A stretch of 38,007 nt of DNA from Deltaproteobacteria bacterium (GCA_049190315.1 JAIVWD010000004.1:1-38007); one strand, 5' to 3'. Numbered from the stretch's first letter, positions 8,391-19,385 are shown. The notes: generated by a model not told the origin, from the letters alone. A program made the numbers and translations.

Positions 8391-11300
8391 TTCTATATCT
8401 TCCTTTTTTTCTGTTTTCTTTTTTCTCTTTATATTCAGAGTCGCATATCGTTTCTACGGCATTATAACCAAGAAGCTCATTTACTGCACTGGTCAATGCC
8501 AAACCGGCCTTTAATTTCATTGTATCAGGCAGAGCTATGACTGTATCTGTTTCTTCAGGACTAAATAAATGAATATATGCATTGCATGAACCCGGATATC
8601 TTTTAAGAATATCATTTAATCTTAAAAGCAAATCTTTTCCTGTTTTATTTTTATCCAGATTAAAATGAATACTTGCGGTCCAGGTTTCCTCAGCTTTCTC
8701 AATCGGCACTATGGTATCTGCCAAAATTTTTACAGAATTCTCATCCCTTTTTACCCGTCCCTGTATAATGACAGTGTTATCTTCAACCAGGAGTTCTTGA
8801 ACCGCTGCATAAACTGAAGAAAATATTATGATTTCAACGGTTCTATGCTGATCTTCCAGTGTAACAAAGGCCATTAAATCGCCCTTTTTTGTCTTTATGG
8901 TCTTAATATTAATAATAATGCCGCCGATCCTGACAATTTCACCATCGTTTTTTTCCTTTAAAGAAATTGTATTCGCATTGGTGAATTTATCCAGCAGGTC
9001 ATCGAACTTTGTCAAAGGATGACCGGTTATATAGAAACCAAGAGCTTCCTTTTCAAAAGCTAAAAGCTGTCTTTCATCCCATTCATCCATACTTGACATT
9101 TTAGGAAGATTTATATCTTGCCGGACTCCTCCCATATTGAATAATCCCATCTGGGGGTCTGTTCTCTCCTTCTGAACCCTTTGGCCATAATCAATGGCAT
9201 TTTCCAGAGATGCCGTCATCTGGGAACGATTAGCTCCTGTAGAATCAAAGGCACCACATTTAATAAGGCTTTCAATAACTCTTTTGTTAGCTTTTTTAAG
9301 ATCCACTCGTTCACAAAAATCAAACAGAGAAGAAAATCTTCCCTCTTTTCTATCATCTATTATAACTTCAATAGCTCCTTCCCCAACATTCTTAACAGCA
9401 ACCAGTCCGAACCTGATCTTCGAACCTATCACCGTAAATTCCTTGTCGCTTTCATTTATATCAGGAGGAAGCACTTCTATGCCGTGATGCCGGCATTCGG
9501 CTATATATTTTACTACTCCATCGATTGAGTGAATCTCGCCGGTAAGCAGCGAAGCCATGAACTCAACAGGAAAATGCGCTTTAAGAAAAGCTGTCTGATA
9601 TGCAATAAGGGCATAAGCCGCGCTGTGCGACTTGTTAAATCCGTAACCTCCAAATTTTTCAATTAGATCAAAGAGTGTTTTTGCTTTTTGGGATTGGATG
9701 CCCCGTTCCTTAGCCCCCTTTGTAAAACGCAGCCTTTGCCTGGCCATAATTGCAGGTTTTTTCTTGCCCATGGCTTTTCTTAAATCATCAGCATCAGACA
9801 TGGAATAGTCGGCAACAGATGCCGCAATTCTCATGACCTGTTCCTGATACACAATAACTCCGTAAGTTTCCTTCAGTATAGGCTCAAGCTCGGGCAAAAG
9901 ATATACTACCTCTTTTTTTCCATGTTTTCTTTCTACATAATCATCAATCATCCCGCTTTCCATGGGTCCTGGCCGGTAAAGAGCTACAAGCGCTATAACA
10001 TCATCAAAGCATTCGGGCTTTAACTTCATAAGCAGATCCTTCATACCGGAACTTTCCAACTGGAACACTCCAACGGTATCACCCGAAACAAGAAGCTTGT
10101 ATGTATCAGGATCGGCCAAATTTATATTTGTAAGATCGGGAGGGGTGCCGCCCTGTTTGGCGATAAGAGATAATGTATTTGCAATAACGGTAAGGTTGCG
10201 AAGCCCAAGAAAATCGAATTTTACAAGCCCTATCTTCTCGACACATTTCATATCGAACTGTGTCAGAACTTCTCCTTTTTTACCCTTATACAGCGGCAAA
10301 TATTCCACAAGCGGCTTGTCGGAAACAACGACGCCGGCAGCATGAGTCGATGCATGCCGGGGAAGTCCTTCCAGAACACGGCAGGTATTCAACAAATCGT
10401 TGATTTCCGGTTTTTCTTCTGCAATTGACCTAAGCCTGGGTTCCTGCTTCAGGGCATTATCCAGACTAATATTCAAGACATCCGGCACCATTTTTGCTAT
10501 TGCATCTACTTCACGCAGAGGTATATCCAGAGCACGGCCCACATCGCGTATCACAGCTCTGGTCTTTAGTTTTCCGAACGTAATAATTTGAGCCACATAG
10601 TCAGCGCCGCCATATTTTTTAACAACATACCTGAATATTTCTTCCCGGCCATTTATGCAGAAATCAACATCAATATCAGGCATGCTCTTACGACCGGGAT
10701 TAAGAAAACGCTCAAAAATCAAACCGTGTTCAATTGGATCTAAATCAGTAATTCCAAGAGAATAGGCAACAAGACTGCCGGCTACCGAACCTCTGCCGGG
10801 GCCCACAGGAATATTGTGTTTTTTGGCATACAGGATGAAATCAGCAACAATCAAAAAGTATCCGGGAAAACCCATGGAATTTATAGTTGCAATCTCGCTT
10901 TTTATACGTTCTTTATACTGACTTTCATCAATCTCAGGATTCTTTTCCTTTACGCGCTTTATTTTTTGATTATATCCTTCCCAGGCTTTTTGCTCAAAAA
11001 ACTCCTCGGCAGTCTGTCCTGATGAGGTTTCAAATTTTGGGAAGTGATAAGATTTAAAATCAAACTCAATATTACATCTCTTGGCTATACTGACTGTATT
11101 CTCTAAAGCTCCCGGATAGCTTTTGAAATAATTGTGCATCTCTTCTCTTGATTTGAAATAGAGCTGATCGGTTCCAAATTTGAAGTGATCCGGGTCATAA
11201 ATGGTCTTTCCAGTCTGTACACACAAAAGGATCTCATGAGCACGAGCGTCTTCTTTGTCAAGATAGTGGCAGTCATTGGTAGCAATTAGAGGAATTGAGA

Positions 11301-11901
11301 GCCTTTCACTCATGTCAAGGAGGGCATTGTTCACTTTTTCCTGCATATGAATCCCGTTATTTTGAACCTCAAGGAAAAAGTTGCCCTCACCGAAGATGTC
11401 AAGATAAGTTCGCGCAGCCTCATCAGCCCCATCCAGGCTGTTCTCACTAATAAGCCTTGGAATTTCACCGTGAAGACATGCCGAAAGGCCAATAAGCCCT
11501 TTACTGTGTTCTCTTAATACATTCCTGTCAATGCGGGGCTTATGGTAAAAACCTTTGAATTGAGCAATTGTAGCCAGTTTGCATAAATTACGGTATCCTT
11601 CAGTATTTTCAGCCAGAATGACCAGGTGGGAAAGCCCTTTATTATCCAACACGGTTTTATCAGTAAGGTTGCGAGGTGCAATATAAAATTCGCATCCTAT
11701 TATCGGTTTGACCCCTGCTTTACCGGCCTTCTCAAAAAATTCAAGAACTCCGAACATAGTGCCATGATCGGTAATGGCCACGGAATCCATTCCAAAATCA
11801 ATTGCACGTTTTAAAAGGGCATCAATCCTTATTGCACCGTCTAAAAGGCTGTATTGTGTATGAACATGAAGATGAACGAAAGGGGGAACGGTATGAGTCA
11901 T
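8383..11901 (-). CDS. dnaE: DNA polymerase III alpha subunit
   Basis: 1172 aa. The PHP N-terminus reads FVHLHVHTQYSLLDGA. Other motifs are PGRGSVAGSLVAYSLGITDLDP, DIDVDF and FNKSHSAAYA. An OB fold lies near the C-terminus. Confidence 0.97.
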   Translation of the reverse strand: MTHTVPPFVHLHVHTQYSLLDGAIRIDALLKRAIDFGMDSVAITDHGTMFGVLEFFEKAGKAGVKPIIGCEFYIAPRNLTDKTVLDNKGLSHLVILAENTEGYRNLCKLATIAQFKGFYHKPRIDRNVLREHSKGLIGLSACLHGEIPRLISENSLDGADEAARTYLDIFGEGNFFLEVQNNGIHMQEKVNNALLDMSERLSIPLIATNDCHYLDKEDARAHEILLCVQTGKTIYDPDHFKFGTDQLYFKSREEMHNYFKSYPGALENTVSIAKRCNIEFDFKSYHFPKFETSSGQTAEEFFEQKAWEGYNQKIKRVKEKNPEIDESQYKERIKSEIATINSMGFPGYFLIVADFILYAKKHNIPVGPGRGSVAGSLVAYSLGITDLDPIEHGLIFERFLNPGRKSMPDIDVDFCINGREEIFRYVVKKYGGADYVAQIITFGKLKTRAVIRDVGRALDIPLREVDAIAKMVPDVLNISLDNALKQEPRLRSIAEEKPEINDLLNTCRVLEGLPRHASTHAAGVVVSDKPLVEYLPLYKGKKGEVLTQFDMKCVEKIGLVKFDFLGLRNLTVIANTLSLIAKQGGTPPDLTNINLADPDTYKLLVSGDTVGVFQLESSGMKDLLMKLKPECFDDVIALVALYRPGPMESGMIDDYVERKHGKKEVVYLLPELEPILKETYGVIVYQEQVMRIAASVADYSMSDADDLRKAMGKKKPAIMARQRLRFTKGAKERGIQSQKAKTLFDLIEKFGGYGFNKSHSAAYALIAYQTAFLKAHFPVEFMASLLTGEIHSIDGVVKYIAECRHHGIEVLPPDINESDKEFTVIGSKIRFGLVAVKNVGEGAIEVIIDDRKEGRFSSLFDFCERVDLKKANKRVIESLIKCGAFDSTGANRSQMTASLENAIDYGQRVQKERTDPQMGLFNMGGVRQDINLPKMSSMDEWDERQLLAFEKEALGFYITGHPLTKFDDLLDKFTNANTISLKEKNDGEIVRIGGIIINIKTIKTKKGDLMAFVTLEDQHRTVEIIIFSSVYAAVQELLVEDNTVIIQGRVKRDENSVKILADTIVPIEKAEETWTASIHFNLDKNKTGKDLLLRLNDILKRYPGSCNAYIHLFSPEETDTVIALPDTMKLKAGLALTSAVNELLGYNAVETICDSEYKEKKENRKKGRYRNA

Positions 11902-11956
11902 TTAGTTTTGGTTTCATCCTGTTATTAATTATCACCTTCGTGGAGGTGTTGGCATG

Positions 11957-12156
11957 AAAGTGCCTAAAGTGAGCTAAAATGCCTAAAGTTATGGTACGCC
12001 TTTGGCGTAGCTATAGATTTTCAGGGCTTGGTTATAAGTTCAGATAGAAACAAAGAGAACAAAGTTATATAGTAAAAAAAATAAAATTGGTAGCGCCGAA
12101 GGTGCATTCCTCAACTTTAGGCACTTTAATATACTTTAGCTCACTTTAGGCACTTT
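11957..12156. mobile_element. MITE-like element, family 2, copy 1
   Basis: The TIRs are built from aaagtgcctaaagt units: aaagtgcctaaagtgagctaaaatgcctaaagtt at one end and aactttaggcactttaatatactttagctcactttaggcacttt at the other. The core matches copy 3. The element abuts the guaB stop codon. Confidence 0.8.
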
Positions 12157-13620
12157 TTAGTCAAGACTATAGTTAGGTGCTTCCTTGGTAATTATTACAT
12201 CATGGACATGGCTTTCGCGTAAACCCGCAGCAGTAATCTTAACAAACCTGGCTTTTTCTCTCAATTCTTCAATAGTCTGGCAACCCACATATCCCATACC
12301 TGCCCTCAATCCTCCAACGAGCTGAAAAACATTCGCAGAAAGTGAGCCCTTGTATGGCACGCGCCCGACTATGCCTTCAGGAACCAGCTTGTCATTCTCA
12401 ATTGCTTCACTCTGGTAGTATCTGTCCTTACTTCCCTTTTTCATTGCTTCAATAGATCCCATGCCCCTGTATAACTTGTAGCTGCGGCCCTGGAAAAATA
12501 TTGACTCGCCCGGGCTTTCCTCTATTCCGGCAAAAAGCCCTCCGATCATTACCACATGCGCACCCGCTCCAATAGCTTTTGTAATATCGCCTGAAAATTT
12601 TATACCGCCGTCAGCAATCAAAGGCACACCGGTCTTATTTGATATGGATCTGCAATTCATTATACCTGTAACCTGAGGAATGCCTATACCCGCCACTATA
12701 CGAGTAGTGCATATAGACCCCGGCCCTATTCCGATTTTTACTCCGTCAACCCCGGCTTTAACAAGATCATCGGCACCTTTCGCAGTGCCGACATTACCTG
12801 CAATCAGCTCAATGTCATCGAAATTACTTTTTAAAATTTTTACAGCATCTATAACGTTTTTTGAATGACCGTGAGATGTATCTATTAATATAACATCAGC
12901 ACCTGCTTTTAAAAGCGCTTCTGCACGCTCTTGCATATCAGGACCGACACCAACGGCAGCTCCGACCCTCAGCCTGCCCATGCTATCCTTACAGGCGTTA
13001 GGATATTTTTTTATCTTCTCAATATCCTTTATGGTTATCATGCCTGTAAGTCGTCCATTTTTATCAACCACAAGAAGTTTTTCAATCCTGTGTTTATGAA
13101 GCAGTTTCTTAGAATCTTCCAGGGTGATTCCCTCTGATACCGTAACAAGATTTTCTTTGGTCATTACTTCTGAAACTTTTTTCTCCATATTGGTTTCGAA
13201 TCTCAGATCCCTGTTTGTCACAATGCCGACCAGTTGATCTCCTTTTGTAACAGGAAGTCCGGAAATGCGGTACTCTTCCATAAGCTTAAGCACCTCATGG
13301 ACCGGCTGGTCAGGATGAACCGTAACCGGATCAATAATCATACCGCTTTCCGATTTTTTTACTTTATCTACCTCCAGAACCTGACTTTTTATACTCATGT
13401 TTCGATGTATAAAACCTAATCCCCCCTCTCGCGCCATACCTATAGATGTTCTGGCCTCAGTTACGGTATCCATGGCAGCGCTGACGATAGGGATATTTAA
13501 GGTAAGGTTTTTAGTCAAACGGGTACTGACATTCACATCTTTGGGCAATACATCAGAATAGCCGGGGATCAGTAAAACATCATCAAAAGAATATGCCTCT
13601 TCAGGTGGTATTTTGATCAT
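12157..13620 (-). CDS. guaB: IMP dehydrogenase
   Basis: 487 aa with [11 protein letters not shown], a CBS pair, [11 protein letters not shown] (catalytic Cys loop) and GGLFAG. Confidence 0.96.
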   Translation of the reverse strand: MIKIPPEEAYSFDDVLLIPGYSDVLPKDVNVSTRLTKNLTLNIPIVSAAMDTVTEARTSIGMAREGGLGFIHRNMSIKSQVLEVDKVKKSESGMIIDPVTVHPDQPVHEVLKLMEEYRISGLPVTKGDQLVGIVTNRDLRFETNMEKKVSEVMTKENLVTVSEGITLEDSKKLLHKHRIEKLLVVDKNGRLTGMITIKDIEKIKKYPNACKDSMGRLRVGAAVGVGPDMQERAEALLKAGADVILIDTSHGHSKNVIDAVKILKSNFDDIELIAGNVGTAKGADDLVKAGVDGVKIGIGPGSICTTRIVAGIGIPQVTGIMNCRSISNKTGVPLIADGGIKFSGDITKAIGAGAHVVMIGGLFAGIEESPGESIFFQGRSYKLYRGMGSIEAMKKGSKDRYYQSEAIENDKLVPEGIVGRVPYKGSLSANVFQLVGGLRAGMGYVGCQTIEELREKARFVKITAAGLRESHVHDVIITKEAPNYSLD

Positions 13621-13647
13621 AAATTTCTCCAGAAATTATTGTTAATC

Positions 13648-13924
13648 GTATAGGAAATCCCATTTTTTGCCTAATGAATTCGGTACCATAGGACAGGTAG
13701 ATTGTTGAGCGAAAAGTGCCTAAAGTATATTAAAGTGCCTAAAATGCCTAAAGTTAAGGAATTCTACCATTTTATACATGCCTGCCTGCTGGTAGGTGGG
13801 TTTCTAAGCCATCAATCCACAAATTGAGGCACACTCTAAGTGTTGTTGGGTTATCAATTAGCACGCCGAAGGCGTACCACAACTTTAGGCACTTTAATAT
13901 ACTTTAGCTCACTTTAGGCACTTT
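13648..13924. mobile_element. MITE-like element, family 2, copy 2, with a roughly 65-nt left extension and a different core
   Basis: It has the same TIRs as copies 1 and 3 (13713-13924). The core is unrelated and carries a tgttgttgggtt motif. The left extension gtataggaaatcccattttttgcctaatg... is shared with copy 3. Confidence 0.75.
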
Positions 13925-14123
13925 AAATGTTCGCACCAAAAGTACGCCAATTAAATAGGAGTTTAATTGTTATTTTTTTCAAGCAATACCCTATCTTTTA
14001 TTATCTACCATTTATTTGCTTTCTTGACAATGAAATAAAACGCAAATAAATAAGAGCCTGTTTTGAGCATTCGATCTTCATCGCTTCCTAACCTTGAACC
14101 TGAGTAGTTACTATTAAAATATT

Positions 14124-14735
14124 ATGCTGATAGAAATAAACTCCAAAAATCCGCAGACACGACTAATTTGCAGAGTTGTCGAACATCTCAAAAGAGGTGG
14201 TATCATCGCCTATCCGACCGATACCTATTACGGGATAGGTTGCGATATAATGAATAAAAAGGCTATTGAAAAGATATACCAGTTAAAACAGCGCAATAAA
14301 AACAAGCCTTTCAGTTTTATTTGCTCGGGGCTCAAAAACATAAGCCATTATGCAAAAGTTTCAAATTATGCTTACAAAAACATGAAGCGACTTTTGCCGG
14401 GCCCTTATACTTTTATTCTTGAAGGTTCGAAACTTGTTCCTAAAATAATGTTGACCAAACGAAAAACCGCTGGAATTCGTGTGCCTGACAATGCTATTTG
14501 CTTAGCGCTGGTTGAAGAATTAGGCAATCCGATTATTACCACCAGTGCAACGATGCCTGATGGTTCAATCCTTAATGACCCATCACTTATTCATGATTTT
14601 TTTCAATCCAGAATAGATTTTGTAATTGACGGGGGAACGCCTATCCCGGGACAGCCTTCCAGTATAATATCTTTGATAAACGATATGCCTGAAATCATAC
14701 GAAAAGGCTTGGGCGATGTGAGCGCTTTTGAGTAA
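14124..14735 (+). CDS. tsaC: L-threonylcarbamoyladenylate synthase (YrdC/TsaC type)
   Basis: 203 aa with GGIIAYPTDTYYGIGCD, KPFSF, GPYTFIL and RVPD. Confidence 0.85.
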   Translation: MLIEINSKNPQTRLICRVVEHLKRGGIIAYPTDTYYGIGCDIMNKKAIEKIYQLKQRNKNKPFSFICSGLKNISHYAKVSNYAYKNMKRLLPGPYTFILEGSKLVPKIMLTKRKTAGIRVPDNAICLALVEELGNPIITTSATMPDGSILNDPSLIHDFFQSRIDFVIDGGTPIPGQPSSIISLINDMPEIIRKGLGDVSAFE

Positions 14736-14753
14736 AATCTAAATTGAGCGCTT

Positions 14754-15659
14754 TTAATTTTCGCTGCATCCTGCAGGGCTATAAAGATACTTTGCAAACA
14801 AACGTGGATTGATAAAACGGTTTGCAACCTCCCTTAAGGATGAATTCACAAGGTATTTTAAAACAGAAAACTTCTTCTCTGGAGGATAAACTGCCGATAT
14901 CTTCCCTTTTATTCCCCCCATGCGTCCTGCCCATTCTATTGCATCCTCAAGATTTCCAAAACGATCAACAAGGCCTATTTTTTTTGCCTCTTCTCCTGAA
15001 AATATCCGTCCATCAGCAAATTTGTCTACTTTTGACTGCTCTAAGCCTCTTCCTTCGGCAATGGCCTTAATGAATTGTCTATGGATTTGATTCACAAGAT
15101 TACGCAGAATTTCTTCTTCCTTTTCGGTCATCTCTCTGACCGGAGATCCTATATCCTTGTACTCACCGCTTTTGATAACAACGGGAACCAGGCCTATTTT
15201 TTTAAGAAGCTCCTGAAAATTTGAATATCCCATAATGACACCTATGCTGCCGGTTATGGTGCCCGGATTTGCAACAATGCCGTCTGCGCCGGCAGCGATA
15301 TAATAACCTCCGGAAGCAGCCACGCCACCCAGAGAAGCTATAACCTTTTTGCTTTCAGAAGTCTTTCTTATCTCCCTGAAAATTTCCTGTGAAGGCCCCA
15401 CTCCGCCACCGGGCGAATCAATTCTAACAACTATGGCCTTGACGGAATCATCCTCACGGAAGCGCTTAAGATTATGAATTATATCTTTTGAATCCACTAT
15501 AGCGCCGATTATCTCTATAACACCGACTTTTTCTCCAAATTCAAAATCCGCATTTCTTGTACTAAGAATAAAAAGCAGAGATAATCCAATAATTGCAACA
15601 GATGTTACAGATGTAAATATCAGGATAAAAAAAAGATATGGGTGTCTGCGGGAAAACAT
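14754..15659 (-). CDS. sppA: Signal peptide peptidase SppA (36K type)
   Basis: 301 aa with an N-terminal TM segment and the motifs RIDSPGGGV, AASGGYYIAAGAD and GSIGV. Confidence 0.88.
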   Translation of the reverse strand: MFSRRHPYLFFILIFTSVTSVAIIGLSLLFILSTRNADFEFGEKVGVIEIIGAIVDSKDIIHNLKRFREDDSVKAIVVRIDSPGGGVGPSQEIFREIRKTSESKKVIASLGGVAASGGYYIAAGADGIVANPGTITGSIGVIMGYSNFQELLKKIGLVPVVIKSGEYKDIGSPVREMTEKEEEILRNLVNQIHRQFIKAIAEGRGLEQSKVDKFADGRIFSGEEAKKIGLVDRFGNLEDAIEWAGRMGGIKGKISAVYPPEKKFSVLKYLVNSSLREVANRFINPRLFAKYLYSPAGCSEN

Positions 15660-15673
15660 AATATAATTTTAAA

Positions 15674-15934
15674 GTAACCGTTCACGGTTAACAGTTTACA
15701 GTTAACGGCTGATCAAAACATATCAGCCGGAGGCTCCAGTCCTGCCTGCGGCAGGCAAGTATGAGAACTCAAGTTTATACCTAAGTTGAGCAATTTTTTG
15801 CAAAGAAATGTGCCAAGATCTTGATGCGCAAGAAATTGATGCAGGTCGAGTAAAAAACCGCTCAATTTAGGGTTAATATTTCATATGAGGTTAAGGGGTG
15901 TTTACCGTAAACTGTGAACTGTGAACCGTTAACC
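15674..15934. repeat. Heptamer-armed palindromic element enclosing MITE family 1 copy B
   Basis: The arm gtaaccgttcacggttaacagtttacagttaacgg (15674-15708) is inverted relative to ttaccgtaaactgtgaactgtgaaccgttaacc (15902-15934). Confidence 0.65.
15779..15873 (-). mobile_element. MITE family 1, copy B (95-bp internally deleted variant)
   Basis: The termini are the same (acctaagttgagc ... cgctcaatttagggt). The centre is missing, and the junction lies at the internal cttgatgc direct repeat. Confidence 0.7.
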
Positions 15935-15943
15935 ATTATAAAT

Positions 15944-17767
15944 TTAATTCCCGTTCAACTTTTCTTGAAGATTCTCACGCAAGATTTCTCCAAAAGTTGA
16001 AGTTGCAGGCCTCGCGTTGTTTACATATTCGCTTAGCAGGCCCTCCTTATCTTCAACCTCAAGCCGTTTGACTGAAAGGCCTATTCTTCTTTCTTCACTA
16101 TTTATATTCATGACCCTGGCAGTTATAACATCGCCTACATTAAACTTGCCGACCGGGGTTTTTATTTTTTCCTTGCTGATTTCAGATACATGAACGAGGC
16201 CTTCAATTCCTTCTTCAAGTTCAACAAAAATTCCAAAATCGGTAATATTAGTAATTGTGCCTGCTATCTCCTTGCCGACCACATACCGTTCCGCTACAGT
16301 TTTCCAGGGATCGGTTTGCAGTTGTTTGATACCCAGAGAAAATCTTTCATTCTCCTTTTCGATATCAAGAACTATAGCCTGAATCACATCGCCTTTCTTG
16401 TATAACTCAGATGGGTGTTTAATACGCTTTGTCCAGGAAATATCCGATATATGTACAAGGCCGTCTATTCCCTCATCAATACCGATAAAAAGCCCAAAAT
16501 CCGTTATATTCTTGATTTTGCCTTCAATAGTTGTACCGGTTGGATATTTCTCACTGATTACATCCCATGGATTTGGAACGACCTGCTTCATTCCAAGAGA
16601 AATACGCCTGTTTTCCGGTTTAATATCCAGAACAACTGCATCAACCATATCTCCAATAGAAACAACTTTGGAGGGATGGCGAATCTTTCTGGTCCATGAC
16701 ATTTCAGAAACGTGAATCAGGCCTTCGATACCCTCTTCCAGTTCAACAAATGCTCCGTAATCCGTCAGGCTCACAACCTTCCCTGTTATACGTGAACCCA
16801 GTGAATATTTTTCTGCAGCAGCCAGCCAGGGATCCTCGACAAGTTGTTTCATGCCCAAAGATACTCTTTCCCTCTCCATATCAAGGCTGAGAATCTTTAC
16901 GGTTATCTTATCACCAACCGAAAAAAGTTCGGATGGATGTTTAACACGCCCCCATGAAATATCTGTTATATGAAGAAGACCGTCCACACCGCCCAGATCA
17001 ACAAATACACCATATTCGGTAATATTTTTTACTACTCCCTCAACAACCTTGTCTTCATGAATAGCTTCCAGGGTTAAAGCCCTTTTAGCCTCACGCTCCT
17101 GCTCAAGAATGGCCCGCCTTGATAAAACTATATTACTTCGTTTTCTGTTATACTTTAACATTTTGAATTCTAATTTCTTGCCGACCAAATCGTCAAGGTT
17201 GCGAATAGGCCTTAAATCCGCCTGTGAACCAGGTAAAAATGCCTGAACCCCTATATCAACTGAAAAACCGCCTTTTACACGGGTTAAAATAACGCCTTCT
17301 ACTGTTCCATCTTCATCAAAAGTCTTCTTTATTTCTTCCCAAACCTTAACCTTGACTGCCTTTTCCTTGGAGAGGACGACACGCTCTTCATCTTCATCCC
17401 AGAATTCAACCATTACTTCTACATCGTCACCCATGTTGACGTGTATCTCACCCTTTTCATCTTTGAATTCATTAATGCGTATCTGCCCTTCTGATTTGTA
17501 TCCTATATCAACAAGAACATAATCCTTATCAACTGATATTATTCTGCCGATAACAACTTCACCTTCAGCAAAACGCTTGAAGCTTTCTTCATACATATCC
17601 ATCAAATTTTCCATGCCGGCACCGGCATCCTGAACATCTTCCGATGTATCAGCAGCAGCTTTATCTAAATCAACCTCTTCTTCGTTTTGTTGTCCAACCG
17701 CCGCCCCTGACAAATCCTCCTCGCCAGGATGATGTTCGGCTGAATCGTTTTTTAAAGAATTATCCAT
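15944..17767 (-). CDS. rpsA: 30S ribosomal protein S1
   Basis: 607 aa. It has six S1 repeats (GxV.. variants such as ITDFGLFIGIDEGIDGLVHISD), preceded by an acidic N-terminal extension of about 55 aa. Confidence 0.95.
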   Translation of the reverse strand: MDNSLKNDSAEHHPGEEDLSGAAVGQQNEEEVDLDKAAADTSEDVQDAGAGMENLMDMYEESFKRFAEGEVVIGRIISVDKDYVLVDIGYKSEGQIRINEFKDEKGEIHVNMGDDVEVMVEFWDEDEERVVLSKEKAVKVKVWEEIKKTFDEDGTVEGVILTRVKGGFSVDIGVQAFLPGSQADLRPIRNLDDLVGKKLEFKMLKYNRKRSNIVLSRRAILEQEREAKRALTLEAIHEDKVVEGVVKNITEYGVFVDLGGVDGLLHITDISWGRVKHPSELFSVGDKITVKILSLDMERERVSLGMKQLVEDPWLAAAEKYSLGSRITGKVVSLTDYGAFVELEEGIEGLIHVSEMSWTRKIRHPSKVVSIGDMVDAVVLDIKPENRRISLGMKQVVPNPWDVISEKYPTGTTIEGKIKNITDFGLFIGIDEGIDGLVHISDISWTKRIKHPSELYKKGDVIQAIVLDIEKENERFSLGIKQLQTDPWKTVAERYVVGKEIAGTITNITDFGIFVELEEGIEGLVHVSEISKEKIKTPVGKFNVGDVITARVMNINSEERRIGLSVKRLEVEDKEGLLSEYVNNARPATSTFGEILRENLQEKLNGN

Positions 17768-17937
17768 GAAACAAAATACCCCCCTTGACCAATATTATAA
17801 TACTGCTATTTAAAAAATAGCATAACCTTTTTTTTATAACAAACCAACTATCAAAAAACAACGATTAATTTTATTAAATCGTTTTCTATTTACCCATTCA
17901 ACTATTTAGTGCCTGAACGAAAAGCTATTAAATCGAT

Positions 17938-18043
17938 TTGTTGGGTTTCGCCCTGATAAATTAAGTTCTTCCAAATGATTGATTTTTGTAGGTTGGGTTG
18001 AGGCACGAAACCCAACAAAATTGAGGGGCTCAACCCAACCTAC
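17938..18043. repeat. Nested REP-like inverted repeats (ttgttgggtttcg / gtaggttgggttgag type)
   Basis: ttgttgggtttcg (17939-17951) pairs with cgaaacccaacaa (18006-18018). gtaggttgggttgag (17988-18002) pairs with ctcaacccaacctac (18029-18043). Confidence 0.6.
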
Positions 18044-18086
18044 AAGAAATCGAGGTTTTCGTTTTGGCACTACTTATGTATTAAGC

Positions 18087-19181
18087 TCAGGCTGCGCAGA
18101 TTCCGTATAATGGCAGTATGTCACGAATCACGATCAGACGGTGCGCCTGTAATGCATCGTGAAACAGTTTCCAGTCACTGCTCAAAAACGAAGGGTCATA
18201 AGGGAAAATGTCGCTTTTTTTGTCTTTGATCTTTCGTGTCCCTAAGGTCTGATGTTTCCAGGACCCCGTCCCCTTGGCCCGATACTCTAGTTTGACAGAA
18301 GGAAAACTGAAGTAACCATTACGGATGGCACGAAGCCATTTGCGGTGACGATCGTGTCCGTCCTCATCTGTAAAGGAGCTAAACAGATCCGTAATTTTGT
18401 CCCGGTCATTAACCGGCAGACCCGGAACGTTGGCATCGGGATCACCCACACGATAACGCTGCATGGTTTTGCACATTTCATTTGCCGCTTCTGAGAAGTC
18501 TTTGGTATTATCCCGCCTTACGATATTTCCGTGACAGTCCTCGTAGTTCCATTTCAGATAAGGTCTGTCAGGATAGCTCAGCGCAGCGCCATGTCCCAGA
18601 GGCAATGCGTCGCCGACAAACTTCCCGGCTGCTTCATCAAAAGCGTCACCAAAAAAATCTTTGAGCTTTCCAAAAAAACCGGCATCAGGCTGGTCGTTGT
18701 CGTCAAGCGCCCGTATGTTGTTAACATTATGAACAATGCCGGCAAACCCCTGGTGTGCCCATGTATCAGCATACACATGCATGGTGACGCCGAGCCGGTG
18801 AAGTCCATAAAGAGCATGCCGGTCCTCAATACATAATCGAACCATATCCTGTGCCACATAGCTATTGGGTCGGCAGATAATTTTTTCGACAAAGCTCCCT
18901 TCTGGGTTCTCACCGGGCTTTATGCCTCCATTGCCGGGCAAAAAGTGGAATGGTATCCATACGAAATGATTGGCCAGCTTATGAAAATTTCTGTAGTCTA
19001 ACATTTTATGCGCGGAGCTGATATGAGAATACATAGCACCGTTGTCAAATCGGGTGGCGCCGGAGTTGGTAGCATCATCCACATATTGTGAGCAGTAAGC
19101 AATGGTTTCGGCATCTCGATGAGCGAAACCGGCTAACCGTGCGACAGTGTATGTTACGCCATGATGAAAGTCTATCTGCAT
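18087..19181 (-). CDS. Conserved-looking hypothetical protein, His/Asp-rich (possible metal-dependent hydrolase)
   Basis: 364 aa with no signal peptide. Motifs: MQIDFHHGVTY, YCSQYVDD, HFLPG, HVYADTWAHQGFAG and LGHG. It is noticeably more GC-rich than its neighbours by eye. Confidence 0.7.
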   Translation of the reverse strand: MQIDFHHGVTYTVARLAGFAHRDAETIAYCSQYVDDATNSGATRFDNGAMYSHISSAHKMLDYRNFHKLANHFVWIPFHFLPGNGGIKPGENPEGSFVEKIICRPNSYVAQDMVRLCIEDRHALYGLHRLGVTMHVYADTWAHQGFAGIVHNVNNIRALDDNDQPDAGFFGKLKDFFGDAFDEAAGKFVGDALPLGHGAALSYPDRPYLKWNYEDCHGNIVRRDNTKDFSEAANEMCKTMQRYRVGDPDANVPGLPVNDRDKITDLFSSFTDEDGHDRHRKWLRAIRNGYFSFPSVKLEYRAKGTGSWKHQTLGTRKIKDKKSDIFPYDPSFLSSDWKLFHDALQAHRLIVIRDILPLYGICAA

Positions 19182-19235
19182 TTGTTTTTCCTCCTTATTG
19201 TGAAAGGGTTACTTATGCTGAAGTCTATTATTCTG

Positions 19236-19384
19236 CAAAAGTTTTCCAAATGAATTATTGTGCTATAATTTTAATGGGTTAAGCTTAAGATTGAAAATTG
19301 GCTATTGAAAATGAAAATTGGTGGTACGCCTTCGGCGTGCTAATTTAAACAATTACAAGATGTTAAGTCATTTGGGAAACTTTT
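19236..19384. repeat. Small inverted-repeat element containing a family 2 core fragment
   Basis: caaaagttttccaaatga (19236-19253) is inverted relative to tcatttgggaaactttt (19368-19384). Inside lies ggtacgccttcggcgtgcta, as found in the family 2 cores. Confidence 0.5.
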
Positions 19385-19385
19385 A

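Noticed and set aside
13648-13700. Sigma-54 promoter reading of tgggaatttccattttttgc-type sequence in the family 2 extension
   Set aside because: The GG and GC elements are about 16 nt apart instead of the required spacing of about 10 nt. They are also on the wrong strand for the downstream genes.
8383-17767. Numerous 60-115-aa ORFs antisense to or nested within dnaE, guaB, rpsA, sppA, thrS, ptsI, pglZ, brxL and others
   Set aside because: These are shadow ORFs inside long, well-supported genes. They have low-complexity or hydrophobic composition and no independent start signals.
17785-17799. TTGACC ... TATAAT on the plus strand upstream of rpsA
   Set aside because: The two hexamers are only 5 nt apart and face away from any plus-strand gene. 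On the minus strand a TATAAT exists but has no good -35, so I make no promoter call.
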